A DNA stretch of 64,000 nucleotides from Diplonema japonicum (lineage: Eukaryota; Protista; Euglenozoa: Diplonemea), in the NCBI GenBank assembly GCA_964019335.1, contig OZ025737.1:310001-374000 (forward strand), read 5' to 3'. Shown here in pieces: positions 45,659 to 58,135 of this stretch. Below the pieces are notes generated by a model that did not search any database, had not been told where the DNA came from, and saw only the letters and a program-made list of their open reading frames with translations. Each line of letters begins with the position of its first letter. Within the stretch, counting starts at the first letter, position 1. A program made the translations under genes and the position numbers.

Positions 45659-46603
45659 GGTTTACAGGGATCCCTTAAGAGAGCAAGTAGACAGGCAATC
45701 TACCGTCAGAGATAAATCTGAAGGGAAGACAGATAACTGGTGTCTAAATGTACTAGGCATTAGTTGCAACGTATTTTTTTTTTTTAAATTTTTCCTTTTT
45801 TTAAACTTCGTAATTGTCTTTTCCCCCCCTTTTTTTTTCTTTCTATTTTTTTTGCCGAATGGAGAAATGAAACAAAATAACAGTAGGGTGGACTGCCTGC
45901 TGGTGGTGCAGACAGCATTCTTTTATATTGGATCCTCACAACACGGGACTTATAATTCCATTTTTTTTTTTAAGATTTATCAGAATAAGAGGGGGAAAGA
46001 AAAAAAAGAAAAGGAAAGGAAAGGAAGGAATAGGGAGCTAAGTCCCGTTATCAGTCTTTTTCTTTTTGTTTGTTTTTTTTTTTTTTTGATTTTTCTTTTT
46101 CTTCCTCCTCTCCCCCTTCCCCTCCCCATTCCATCTGGTTCTATTCTTTTTGGATTTCTTTTTTTAAAAAAAAAATGGGGGGGGGAAGGGGAAGAGAAGG
46201 TTCCATGAACTGAAAGGTCTCGCCAGCCACGCTGTCTCTCCCAGGGCATTCGGTAATATGGTTTTTTTTTCCTTTGACGACTTGCAAATGGGGGGTTTTT
46301 TTTTTTCTTTTCAAAAAGAAATATATTGTCGGACACCTGTGGGGGGGATACAGCTTAATCTGGCTTCACTTTTGTTAGTTTCATAAAAGAAACGGGGTTT
46401 TTTTTTCCGCCGCTGATTATTTATTTCCTTTTTTTTGGGGGGGGGGAGTGTTTTCTTTGTTTGCTAAATTGACCAAAAAAAAAAAAAAAAAAAAAAAAAA
46501 GAATTATATAAAAAAGAAAGGCCTGTGCGCCACGTCGTAGTGATCTATGGGTAGTGGGGGGTGGGAACAAGAAAAAAAAGAGAGAGAAAAAAAAGAGATA
46601 GGG

Positions 46604-46639
<36 letters not shown>

Positions 46640-46712
46640 AGTTATTTCAACAATCATTAGGTGATCACCAGCACCCTCTCCAGGAACGTTTACACTAACG
46701 CTTGTCCACAAA

Positions 46713-47861
46713 ATGGAAAACAATTTGATTGTACAGAAAATAAGGAGAAAATGCCTCCAGAGGGGTGTCGAAGGCATACGCGGGTTGAGTAGGAGCTTCA
46801 GAATAATGGACGACAATGGCAACAGGACCCTGGGACAAGAAGAGGTGAGAACAGGCCTCAAGGACTATGGTATCATTCTGGGAGCCGACGAAGTGGAACA
46901 TCTGATGTCAGTTCTGGACACGAACCAAGATGGTGGTGTGGACATCAACGAGTTCCTACGGGCTCTGAGGGGCGGTCTCAGCCCTTTAAGGAAAACAGTT
47001 GTAGAAGAAGCTTTCAGAAGACTCGATCGCAATGCCGATGGAACTGCCACTTTGGCTGACCTCACAGGAACTTTCTCAGCCTCTGCAAAAGACGGCACTG
47101 CGTCCTTCCTGCGCACCTTCGACTCCGCGTCATGCCCCGACGGGAGGGTCACCTTCGAGGAGTTTGCCTCGTACTATGCAGGCATCTCTGCTTCCGTCGA
47201 TAATGATGAACACTTCGTCGCACTTGTGAGGAAAGGCTGGGGTCTTGACACCCCTGCCCGTCCCATCGCCACTGCCCCCCTTGAGTACGGTACCATATCT
47301 GACACGAAGTATGTCAAGAGATATAACAAGCTCCCTGTTGCCGAGTGTTTCATGACCTTCCAGCCTGCAGGCGAACCTGCTGTCAATGTCACCTTCGAGC
47401 TCTTCACCAATGTGGCACCGCGAACCTGTGAGAACTTTCGTTCTCTCTGCACAGGAGAGCGAGGAAAGTCAAGTGTGTCGCAGCAGCCTCTTCACTACAA
47501 GGGCCTGCACATGCATCGTGTGGTCAGCAGGTTCCTGCTGCAGGGTGGCGACATCATCAGAGATAACGGCAAAGGCATCGAGTCCATCTACGGTAAGCGG
47601 TTCGATGATGAGTCCTTCCTCACCAGGCACGACAGGCCGGGCATCCTCACCATGGCAAACTGCGGGCCCAACACCAACGGGTCGCAGTTCTGCATCATGC
47701 TAGCAGCAGCACCTTCCCTAGACGGCAAGCACGTTGCCTTCGGGTGCGTCAGGTCGAACCTGGACGCCGTCCTGAGAATGGGCCGCCTGGGGACCCACGA
47801 CGGGACACCGACAAAGAAGATCAAGATCGTCGACTGCGGGCAGTGCACCGTGCCCTGCTGA
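46713..47861 (+). CDS. Calcyphosin-like EF-hand protein fused to a cyclophilin PPIase
   Basis: RGVEGIRGLSRSFRIMDDNGN, DTNQDGGVDINEF and VTFEEFASYYAGISASVDNDEHF (calcyphosin). Then PRTCENFR.LCTGE, HRVV..FLLQGGD, MANCGPNTNGSQF and LDGKHVAFG (cyclophilin). Confidence 0.92.
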   Translation: MENNLIVQKIRRKCLQRGVEGIRGLSRSFRIMDDNGNRTLGQEEVRTGLKDYGIILGADEVEHLMSVLDTNQDGGVDINEFLRALRGGLSPLRKTVVEEAFRRLDRNADGTATLADLTGTFSASAKDGTASFLRTFDSASCPDGRVTFEEFASYYAGISASVDNDEHFVALVRKGWGLDTPARPIATAPLEYGTISDTKYVKRYNKLPVAECFMTFQPAGEPAVNVTFELFTNVAPRTCENFRSLCTGERGKSSVSQQPLHYKGLHMHRVVSRFLLQGGDIIRDNGKGIESIYGKRFDDESFLTRHDRPGILTMANCGPNTNGSQFCIMLAAAPSLDGKHVAFGCVRSNLDAVLRMGRLGTHDGTPTKKIKIVDCGQCTVPC

Positions 47862-47935
47862 CAGTCTCGAGTACTAAACGATTTTTTTTTTGGCTGTGGC
47901 GGTCGTTGCGAGAGCGCCTATAGGTTAGCAGAATA

Positions 47936-49373
47936 CTGTAAAACAAAAATCACCGGAAGACAAAAGTCCGGAAGAAAAAATGTCCGGAAGATAAAATGTC
48001 CGGAAGCTCTGGCGGTCCGGATATTTTTTCTTCCGGACATTTTTTTCCTGGGACCCCCCTTTTTTTAAAAAAAGGGCTGGACCCAAAAACAGATGACTAG
48101 TGTCTGCAGCAAGAGAAAATCAAACGAAAATCAGAGAATTGAATTACGGACTTTTCCAGATCCTGATTGTTCACTTCTACCACAAGCTTGTTGAACCGAA
48201 CCACTTCTTGTGCTTGCTTTAGGGTGTTCTTATGCTTTGCGGGTTTGCGTCATGGAGCCAATGTCCAGTATATCAGACTGGAAGCACCGCTTTGGTAGCT
48301 CCAAGGTCGATCCCCCTGCCGCACCCGTTACTGCGGGTCGCAAGCCTCTTCTGAACAAGGAAGAAACAACAAAGCTCTTTGTTTGGATCCAGGTGCAGAA
48401 CAGAAGGGGAGTGCCGGTAGCAGCGTCGGGCATCTGCCTGTATGCAGAGGGCCAACCAGCTGTGCTCCAAGCATGGCATCACAAGCCGCCGCCCAACAAT
48501 AGGGAAGTCTAGCAGCCCCAAAGACACCCAAGCAGCGAGGAGGTTCACAGGGATCAGGCCGGTTGACCTGGAACATGGACCAGCTGCTGCCACTGGGAAG
48601 AAGACGAAAAGGGGTCCCAAGGTTGTCAAGGTTAGGGATTTGGGACAAGCGCGCCGTCACCGGACAGTTTTGCGTTTCCCCGTCTGGTGGCAAACTGCAC
48701 CGCAGTTAATTTACACGGGAAAAACAGAACCAGCTCGCGGCAGGAAATATCCCGCGTCCGTTCCTCGTGTTGCACACCCCCCAAAAGGCTGGAGTTTAAC
48801 AGCTTCGAAATCTCACTGGGCCACCCAGGAAACGCTTCGGCTCTGGGTAAAAGATTTGTTTCTCCCCTTTGCTACAACCTCATCGAGTCATCGGGCTGAG
48901 CACCCACCGAGCCCATCCTACTCATCCTTGATGACTACAATGTCCACACTATGCAGGCTTTTGTGAACTTGTTTTCAGAAACAAACGTTCACTTAGCGTT
49001 TGTCCCCCCAGACGTGCTGCCCTTTCCTCGCCCCCTTTTTAGTTCTATTGTCGGGAAAAGTACTCTCCAACCTGCTGGGACGCAGCCATTGAAGGGTGCC
49101 TCTCACCTGAAGAGGTCAGCACCTGGAGGGGTCGCGAGATATGTCCTTCCCCTTTTTAGAGCATGCAGCTTTCGTCTGTTAATTTGAATTTTATTTTTGC
49201 CGTTCTTAAGACTCTTGCAACAGAAATATAAGTTTTCCAGACAGAGGGGGCAGTGTGTAGGACAGGCTAGGTACCCCCTTAGAAAAGTGCCCAAAAGAAT
49301 GTCCGAAAGATAAAATCACCGGATGTTTCGGCGGTCCGGATATTTTATCTTCCGGTGGATTTTTGTTTTACAG
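47936..49373 (+). mobile_element. pogo/Tc1-mariner non-autonomous element, copy B
   Basis: TA at 47934-47935 and 49374-49375, with the same TIRs as copy A. HTH remnant then DDE_1 remnant (SKSHWATQETL, ILLILDDYNVH, LAFVPP), both on the + strand. Confidence 0.88.
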
Positions 49374-49518
49374 TAGTTTTTTTTTTTTTTTGTTTTAATT
49401 CTTTGTATCTTCGTAACGACTTTATTCTTGTCTATTCTTCTGTCGTTTTCGAATTATTAGTTGTTTCCCACCACATATGCCTATGATCGATATCACAACT
49501 TAACTTCGACTCAGGAGG

Positions 49519-52500
49519 ATGGAATCAGAACAAAGATGCTTCATACCTGCCATCGACCTCAATGCACCCGAGCGGTCGGTACCTAATATAGGGGCAGAGG
49601 GTGAGGCTCCTAAGGTGCTGACGTACAGAAGCACCTTCACAATGCGTGTAAAGACAGATGGTGACGCGTGTGGGGTACTCTCGATGAGCAAATTCGACGA
49701 CACGCAGCATGACGTGTCGATTGTAGACTTCAAGGGACTGGACGCAGCTGCCGAGGGGTACCGCTCGTTGGAGGACTCGTGCTTTATGATTTTACCTTTC
49801 GATGAAGAGCTTGACGAGATGCGCTCCTGCAGAGAGCCCGTGATCTTTGGCGACACAGTGCGCTTGATGCATACCGCGTCGGGGCTCCTCTTGGGTATCA
49901 CCCAGCAAGTGTGCGACGATGCACTAAGTATTGTAGAAGTATCTGAGAAGTGGCACCCCCAGCGCCAGTCAGATGACATCTATAACGACAGGCGCACCAG
50001 CGTAGTAGGGCAGCTGGAACAGCAGTCCGAAGCAAAGGTCTTCCAGCATACTGCGCAGGGAGCATATCGCCTGTGCTTCCCCGAAGGCACAAAAGACAAC
50101 GAGTACACTGCCGAGGAACGCAATAACCCTTACTCGCTGCATGCTTTGCACCCAAGGTTCCACTTTAAAATACTGCCCGCTAGAAAGACCAAAACACAAG
50201 GACAGGTTGTGGGTGTCAACGAAGAGATACTCCTGCAGGCGGTGATCCCTGCGCACTACCTGAATGTGACGGGGTCGTCCAGCAAGGGGGACGGTTTCCT
50301 CTACGACCCCCCGTACCCGTGCCATCAGCTGAACGATGCTACTGAGATCAGCATTGAGGAGGATAGCATCCGCATAGAGCTGCAAACGAGCAAGGACCGG
50401 TATGAGGTGAACTTGGGTGAGGTCATCATCGACGAGCACGGCAAGGTGGACCACTCCTTCTGCTTTGTGCTTGAGCTCTTCGATGCTGCCCCGACGATGG
50501 TGGCTGAGCAGCACCTGCAGCTTGTGCGTGTCGGCCACCCACTCATGCTGTACCACAAGGATGAGATGTCGTACTTGTCGTTCTACGCTAACACCACATC
50601 GCAAAAGGTGAAGGAGACATTAAAGAAGCTCTTCACAACAGACGATGACATGCATGACTGCTCCGATGAAGGCAGGTCCGTGAGCGAAGATGTATCTGAG
50701 GGCTCACAGTATGAACAAGACAACAACGAGGTGGAGGGCGCCTTGCAGCTGTCGAAGCTGATGGAGTCCGAGAAGATGCAACACTCAGCATGTTGTATAT
50801 GGGTCCTAGCTGGTGAGGATGAGCCTCCCCCAGTGACCGACCCGGTACAGTGGGTGTCACTTCGTCTGCAGTATTCTGAAGGTAGCACCATCACTGAAGA
50901 TGATATCATCAACCTGTGGTCCATGGACCAGCAGGTGTGGTACTTTGATGTCAAGGCTGCTTTAGCTTCCGTGAGCACTGCCTTCCCAAAGGCGCCTGTT
51001 GCCCTCACGCCCCATGGCTCCTCGTGGCATAATTTAGCCTTTTCTGGGAAGCGGATCTCGAGAGGCTTACCATGTAAGGGAGGCTTTGTAAGTACATGCA
51101 AGCTGTACCGCATTAAACATCTGTGCTCAGCCGGTTACCTGTGTATCAAGAGGGTCTTTGATCCTGCCGCTGAGAAGCCGTTCTCTTACGTCCCTTGCTT
51201 AACCACCGACATCACTAACCCAGGCACGTTGTTTGTGATATCAAATTTCGAGGCCAATGAAGAAGACAATGTGTACCCCTTGTCTTTTGTGAGACTCCAC
51301 AGCGCTGTGTATCCTGTGGACGCACCTGCAGAGGAGAAGTTGACCATCGTAGCCGGGGCTGACGGGAAAGTAAGCTCGTTGGGTCCCGACACGTGTTCTT
51401 TGTTTCGAGAGGCTTTCGAAGTACTGCAGCCGGAGCAGAGCTTCTACAAAGAGGCATCGTTCGTTCGGAGCATGGTACCGTGCCTGACTAGGTTCTCCGC
51501 CTCATGGAGTGGGGAGAAGGAGGTATCCACGCAGGATATCCTTGCGGTACAGCGGGCACTTTGCAAGCTCATCGTGTTCTGCGTTGAGTTCGAGGAAGAG
51601 TCCTTGCAAAACTTTAACAGCGAATCACAGGCTGATGTTATCAAAGTGTGGAAGGCTGAAGGTAGATCACGTAGCAGTAGGCAAAAGCTACTATTTGATT
51701 TCCAACTACAGGACACTCTGCTGCAGTGTCTGACGGAGCCCTTCAGGACCAAGTCCCTGGACATCCAGGACGTGGCCAACTCGAGCGAAAACGTGTACTA
51801 TTCCAACGTGTTGTTGGTGATGAACCTTGCCTACAAGCTGCTGGTTGCGATGCTCCGCAACGAACCCACCCTTGCAATCAAGATGCAAGAATACAGTGTC
51901 ATGATGCTGTCCCAGGTGGCTGCAGGGATAGAACCAGGCCCCATGTTATGTCTCATGGAGATGTACCGCGACAACGAACAACTGCTAAAGGTCATCCCGC
52001 GGAAGATGGTAGCACGTGTGCTCAATCTGATGCGGGACACGCTCAACCGCGGGCAGTGCTCCGTCGAGTTCGTTTGTCTCTTGCAGAGCATCGTGCAGTA
52101 TGACTCGAAGGGGTATTACAGGACACAGCGCATTGTTTACGAGCTTCTGATGTCTCTGAACTACGAAGAGGGCGAAGAGGTGTTCTACGTGAAGGGCGAC
52201 GTGCAGCACGTGGCTGCTATCCATTCTGTACTGCAGATCGATCTCTACATTATAGCCGTAAGGAATATCAGTTACGAGGATGCAGAAGACTTGCAGCTGA
52301 CACAAGATAATGGTGTGTGGCTGTCGTGTCCATGTACGTCCCGCGTGCTCAGGAAGGTGACACAGGGTCCTCACAGTGCGCTCATTGACAATCTGATGCC
52401 GAAGATGCGGATTAAGAATGCATTTGAATTACAGGTTATGGGGGCAGGCGGGAAGCTCATATGGATGAATGCTTCTGAGCTGTGCAGATCGAGAACAACG

Positions 52501-55500
52501 TGGGTCAGGAGATACAAGCATTACTACGAGGCTTGGCTGGAGTTGTTGAGTGCTTTGTGCGATGACAATTCCGAGTTTGTTTCCGCAATGGCAGCCACAC
52601 CACCCATCTCGACACTGCTGTGTGACCTGCAGTCGGCAGTACGCCACATCGTGGACTCTTCGGACCCCACTATCCACATCTCACTGCGATCTGCTTCCTT
52701 GCGGCTTCTCATCTACATCGATATGCGCTCCGTGACAGTGCCTCCCCCCAACATGAGGTCATGGTCACACCCCGAGTTTGAACCCCCGTCCTTTTTCACC
52801 TTCGACAACAACCTCAACAAAGAGATGATCGACCAAGCCATAGAGAGCCTCCGGCACACTTCAGGACTAAACTACTCAAACGAGAGCGAGTTGAAGACGT
52901 TCAAAACACGCCTTACTGTAATCAGTGCGTCAATGCCCTCTTTTTCGGCCAAAGAGAAAGAAAAGCTGCTTCCCGTGTTGCTGAATCTGCTGGACAGCAC
53001 AAAGGATTACGACTCGCAGGCCGCCAACCAGGAGCTATTTAGAAACGGGTCGGAGAACCAGATGAGTGGCACAAGATTCCAACTCACCGAAAGGTCAAGA
53101 ATAGTGTTCGATTGCAAGTTGAGCATTTTAAGACTCATCGACGAACTTGTCGAAGAGGAACTGAATAAGAAAATGGTGTTGCTGCTGCAGTGGTTCAGAG
53201 GAGAGCTGGACAACATTGGGCCCTACCCAAGACAGGACTGGTTCATCGACTGTGTTTTGTGGAACGAGGCAGTCGGGTCGCAGAGTCTCAGCCTCCCGGG
53301 GCTGGAGCAGCGCGACATGTTGGCAAACATCTTGGACCTTACACGTTACGATCTCCCAGAGCTGAAGAATAAGGCACTTGCTTTGATGTTCAGGGTATTC
53401 TCGGTGCCTCGTGCGTTGGCGCAAAAGCTGCGGCTCGTTACATTGCTGACATCTGAGAAGGATTTCGAGAGGCTTAGGAGGACACGTGAACTAATGCAGC
53501 TCGTCAGGCAGGTGTCAGTAAAGGCTGACAATACTATCGAGGAGCAAGAGCTTCTGTGCTCGAGACTTCGAGACCTTGGTTCTGAAAACTACTTGAATAT
53601 CGATGCAGTGAGCGAAGAAGAAACGGCCAACAGGCAGACTGTGATGTCGGGGTTAGAAATCCACTTGGTGCTAATCAACATCCTCAGTGCCATCTCAGTG
53701 GTGCCCAATACTCACGACCCCCTCACTGCGGGCATTGTCGACAACTGTCTCCAGTTGCTTGAAAGGTACTGCTCGGGTAATCTGAAGCACCAAGAGCAGC
53801 TGTTCCCCGAAGTCCAGTCCTTCATGAGATTTCTTGCCTTGAAGGGTGTGAAGCACCTTTCACCCCTGCTAGGGTCCATCCTTGGCGACTCTTCGAACCA
53901 TGCCATCCAGGTGGTACTCATGAACCCCAAGCTTATCATGCAGTTTGTGACACGGATAACTAGTGACGTGAATCCTTCTGGGGAACTCTTGCTACGGCCT
54001 AGATATCCGAGACTGTTGAAGTCCCTCTGTTGCTGCAATGGGATGGTCATCAAACAGAATGTGGTAGCAGTCGCCAATGAAATGTGGAAGAAACAGGACA
54101 AGGTTTTCCCGCCTCTGCTTGCTAACGACACCCCCGCACGCTCAAATAAGCTACTGTCAGCTATCATGTCTGGGGACTATTGGTTCAACAAGAGGGGTAT
54201 CATAAGGTATTTCTGTGAGTTCGCGGAGCTGACAGGTTGCTTTGCAGAGGTTGAGGGTGTCCGCAAGGTGTTCTCTCTGCCTGATGTGTACTATGTTCTG
54301 TGTGGTACATCTTTGGACGGAGGAGAAAACCAGAAGAAACACGTATTCCCCCTTCACGTACAGTCATCTTTTTTGAAGGTTTTGACATACTTGATACACG
54401 AAAACAAAGACGCACACATCAACACGGAATACCTACGTGGCGATATCATGAAGGCAGTCTTCGAGACTGCAAAGAACATCGACGCTGTGCAAGCAAAGCA
54501 CAGACGCTACCCTTTTCGCATACCCGAAGACCCTGATAGCGAAGACCTCGATATAGGTGATTTCTTCTATGTCCCGTCTGCCTTGCTGGCAAAAGAAAGA
54601 AAGCTGTTCTTAGTAGACGCACTGCTGCCCTTCCTGCGCGTGTACTACGAGAAGGTGTTCATATCAACTGCTGCAGACGACTCGATGGACATGAGAATTG
54701 CGTCGCAGTGGGCAGGGCTCGTGTGCTTTTACCTGAAGGACTCTGAAAACAAAGAATCGCATGATACAGCTGGCCTCTCTAAATTCACGCCTTCTCCTCC
54801 ATATATCCCTCAGAAAGAGCCTCTGACGATAGAACTCACGAACCAAAGCTCCGACTCCTTGACATGCATCAAGGACTTCCTCAACAGGATGCGTGGTGTG
54901 TGCCCGTTGGAGGGTTGTGCGCCTGTCCTCTTGCGGATCGAGGAAATACTTAACTCGCGCCAACAACAACTCAATCACAGCAAATGGGCGAACTTCCACA
55001 GGTTCTCCCGAGACTTCTCCGATCAGGTGGTGCAAACCAACGGTGCTAATGCACACAACACAATCATATTCTGTCAACTAGCGCTCCTCATGTATGAAGA
55101 CCCTGACAGCATCAAGCGCATTGCGCAGATCTTGAAGGCTGGTAGAGTCCACGGAATCTGTGAAGAAGTGCTTTTCCACTGTATCACGCTTGTAGACTCT
55201 TACCTCAAGGTGTCCCTGCCTTCCGTCTCAAAGAGGAAGGTGTTGAAGGAGACACAAGACGTACTGGACAACTTCGGCATCACTGTAGCGACACTCGACC
55301 TGTACGAGCAGATCAACCAGTCAACGAAGCGTTCTTCGGGTGTGTCACCTTTGAGTCTTCTGAGGAATCTGCTGAAGTACGGGAACTCCAACGTGCAGCT
55401 TACAATCTACAATTCTCTGAGGATGCGCTCCTTCCCCACACTGTTCGTGCTTATCCGCGAGGAATTCCGGCGCATGGCGCTGTTCCTGAAGATGGACTAC

Positions 55501-58053
55501 GCACGTTACGAAAAGATCGGCATCGCCGACGACGAGCTGGTGACGCAGGAGAGGGAGGTCGTGTACACAACTATTATCGAGCTGCTACAGTTCTTACAGT
55601 TGCTATGTGAGGGGCACTACGCTAAACTGCAAAAGTACCTGAAAGTACAGCCAGGAAAGCTGTTTTCCATGAACGTAGTGAAAGAGACAGCAGTTTTCAT
55701 GAGGACCTGGTTTGAGAACATCATTCCCTTACCTGGAAACATCAAGATTGGTTGGCGGGGGTTCCAGACACTGACTGAGTTTTGCCAAGGCCCTTCCCCC
55801 CAAAACCAGCTGTGCTTGATCGAGAATGGGATGATCTCGATAGCGTCGGATGTGGTGACGGAGAAGTGGCAGTGCCCGAAACTGAAGACCGCCCTGCGTG
55901 ACCTTGGCACGGGGAGGTCGGAGTTTATAGAAATGCTTACGAATGAAGCAGTTACAATGCTGCTCTCCTTAACGGAAGGCGCGTCAGGCTCTACAGAAGT
56001 GCCCAAGTTGCTGTACAGGGAGATCTCCGCGCAGGTACATCAATACATAGACAGGCTCAACGAGTCGTGGATATCAGGGGCCATCAATAAAGAGCTAGAG
56101 ATGACTCTTCCCGACTTAGATTGGGACTCCAGTGATTCTGATGATTCCGACAATGAGGAAGATGACTCGAACTACTTGGCGCTTAACATGCTAATGTTCT
56201 TGCTGTCGCTGTGCAGGGCACAGGAGGCGCATTATCCTTCAGGTTCTACAGAAGTGCCGCTCAGGGTTCTTCTTAAGCGACAGATGTGCTACAGTGACTT
56301 GAAGCAACACATTGGGTGCATCGAAGTGAAACGTGTGGAAGGCAAAGACGAGAGATTGGAACAGGTATACTTCCCCGTACCTGCCAGGTGCAAGTTCCTC
56401 CCTGATGACGTGAAGGAGAAGTTCAATGAGAACGTACAGCGAAGAGTGACCGACTCAGATGACAGAGAGGAACTGGAGGACAACATTTCTGGAGTGCAGG
56501 ACATCAAGAAGATCCAGGATTTCTTCAAGCAGCGTGACACGCTTATCGTGGAAACGAACACATACTACAGGGCATCGAAGAGCAGGATGACTCGCATGTT
56601 CATATTCCACAAGGCAGCCCTTTCCAACGTGTCGCTGGTCATATCGTTTGCAATATCACTCTTCCTCTTAATCAACATGACAAAAAAGCACCCTGGAGCA
56701 CAAAACTTCCTAGACAGAAAGCGCTACCATTTATTTGTTGCAATGGCCGTTCTGCAGATCTTCATGGAGGTGTGGATGCTGTTCGGGTGGTGCATGATAG
56801 AGGGGCGCCTCATAGTCCATAAACACATGCACAATGCTTTGAAAACTGCCACTGAAGAGCAACATTTGAACTCAGACACATTAAGCCTCTACGAGCAATG
56901 GGTGCAGAACAAAAAGGACAACAAGCTACCATTCTGGAAGAAGATACGTTTGTCAGCGCCCATCCTGAAGTACGACAAGGGTCTGTGGGTATGCGTGCTG
57001 TTCGCATCATCGAGTCCTTTGGGACTTGCTGTTAACCCTATCTTCTTCTCGGTGCAGATTTTCAGAATCATCAATAGAAACGCAGGGCTGAAGAATGTAG
57101 TGAAGGCGGTGACGTTGAAATGGCAGGACTTGTTGACGACGGGAGGCATGGGGTTCCTGGTTGTGTATCTCTTCTCGATGGTCTCATTCTACTTCTTCTC
57201 ATCGAAGTACTACGATACTTACAGGAACCCCGACCTAGGGATAGGCTTTCGCTGCCAAGAGTTGGGGCATTGCTTTGCGATGAACCTGATGTTTGGACTT
57301 CGGATGGACGGCGGTGTATCAGGAAGCCTGATGCCGCCTCTGCCCTTCGAAGGTTCGTACTGGGGCAGGATCATCTGGGACTTTCTCTTCTGGGTGATCA
57401 TGATAATCATCTTCCTAAACATTATATTCGGTATCATCTTGGACACCTTCAAAGAGCTTCGCAGCAAGAAGCAAGAACGTGAGCTGGACATGGCTTCTTC
57501 ATGCTTTATTTGCGGGCGGGAAGCATCGACCTTTGATAAGATAAAGAACAATAGGGACTCGAGGAGGGGCTTCGAGGTGCATTACCAAGATCAGCACAAC
57601 CAATGGACGTATCTATACTTCATTCATTATCTTTAGTATGTGGTTTTAAAAAGTTTTTTTTTATGTTATCTTCTCAGTCTAAAGGACCCCACGAAGCACA
57701 CGGGGCAAGAGCAGTACGTCCTGAATAAGGTAGAAAAGAACAGGACAGACTTCTTCCCCGATGATGCGCTGATGCTGCAGGACATAGAGATGACTGATGT
57801 GATGCAGGACGAACTGCGTGACGCTCGGATAGAGTGGAAGGTGGACTACTGCAGCATCAGAAAGTGGCGAGACCGCGAGATAACGCGAAGGGAACAGAGG
57901 AGAACACATCTCGACAAAGGAATGCAACATGCAACAGAACAGGTACGTGTCATCCAGCACCAGCTGCTGCGTCGCGAATATCCCGATATAAGTTATGATG
58001 ACCCCGAATCAGCGATACTCACCCTTCTATACCCTTATGATCGTGACGAGTGA
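49519..58053 (+). CDS. ITPR: Inositol 1,4,5-trisphosphate/ryanodine receptor-family Ca2+ release channel
   Basis: MIR/RIH-like regions, FLQLLCEGHY..LQ.YL, LTEFCQGP..QNQ, pore GLRMDGGV, IFLNIIFGIILDTFKELR and CFICG...HN.W.YLYF. Intron 57636-57677 continues into KDPTKHTGQEQYV. Confidence 0.93.
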
Positions 58054-58135
58054 CTTACGGCACCGCGCGGTCTTGCTTAACAATTTATTAAATTAAGCTA
58101 TTGTCCCCCCCACCTGTGCTCATCCCCACAGGAAC

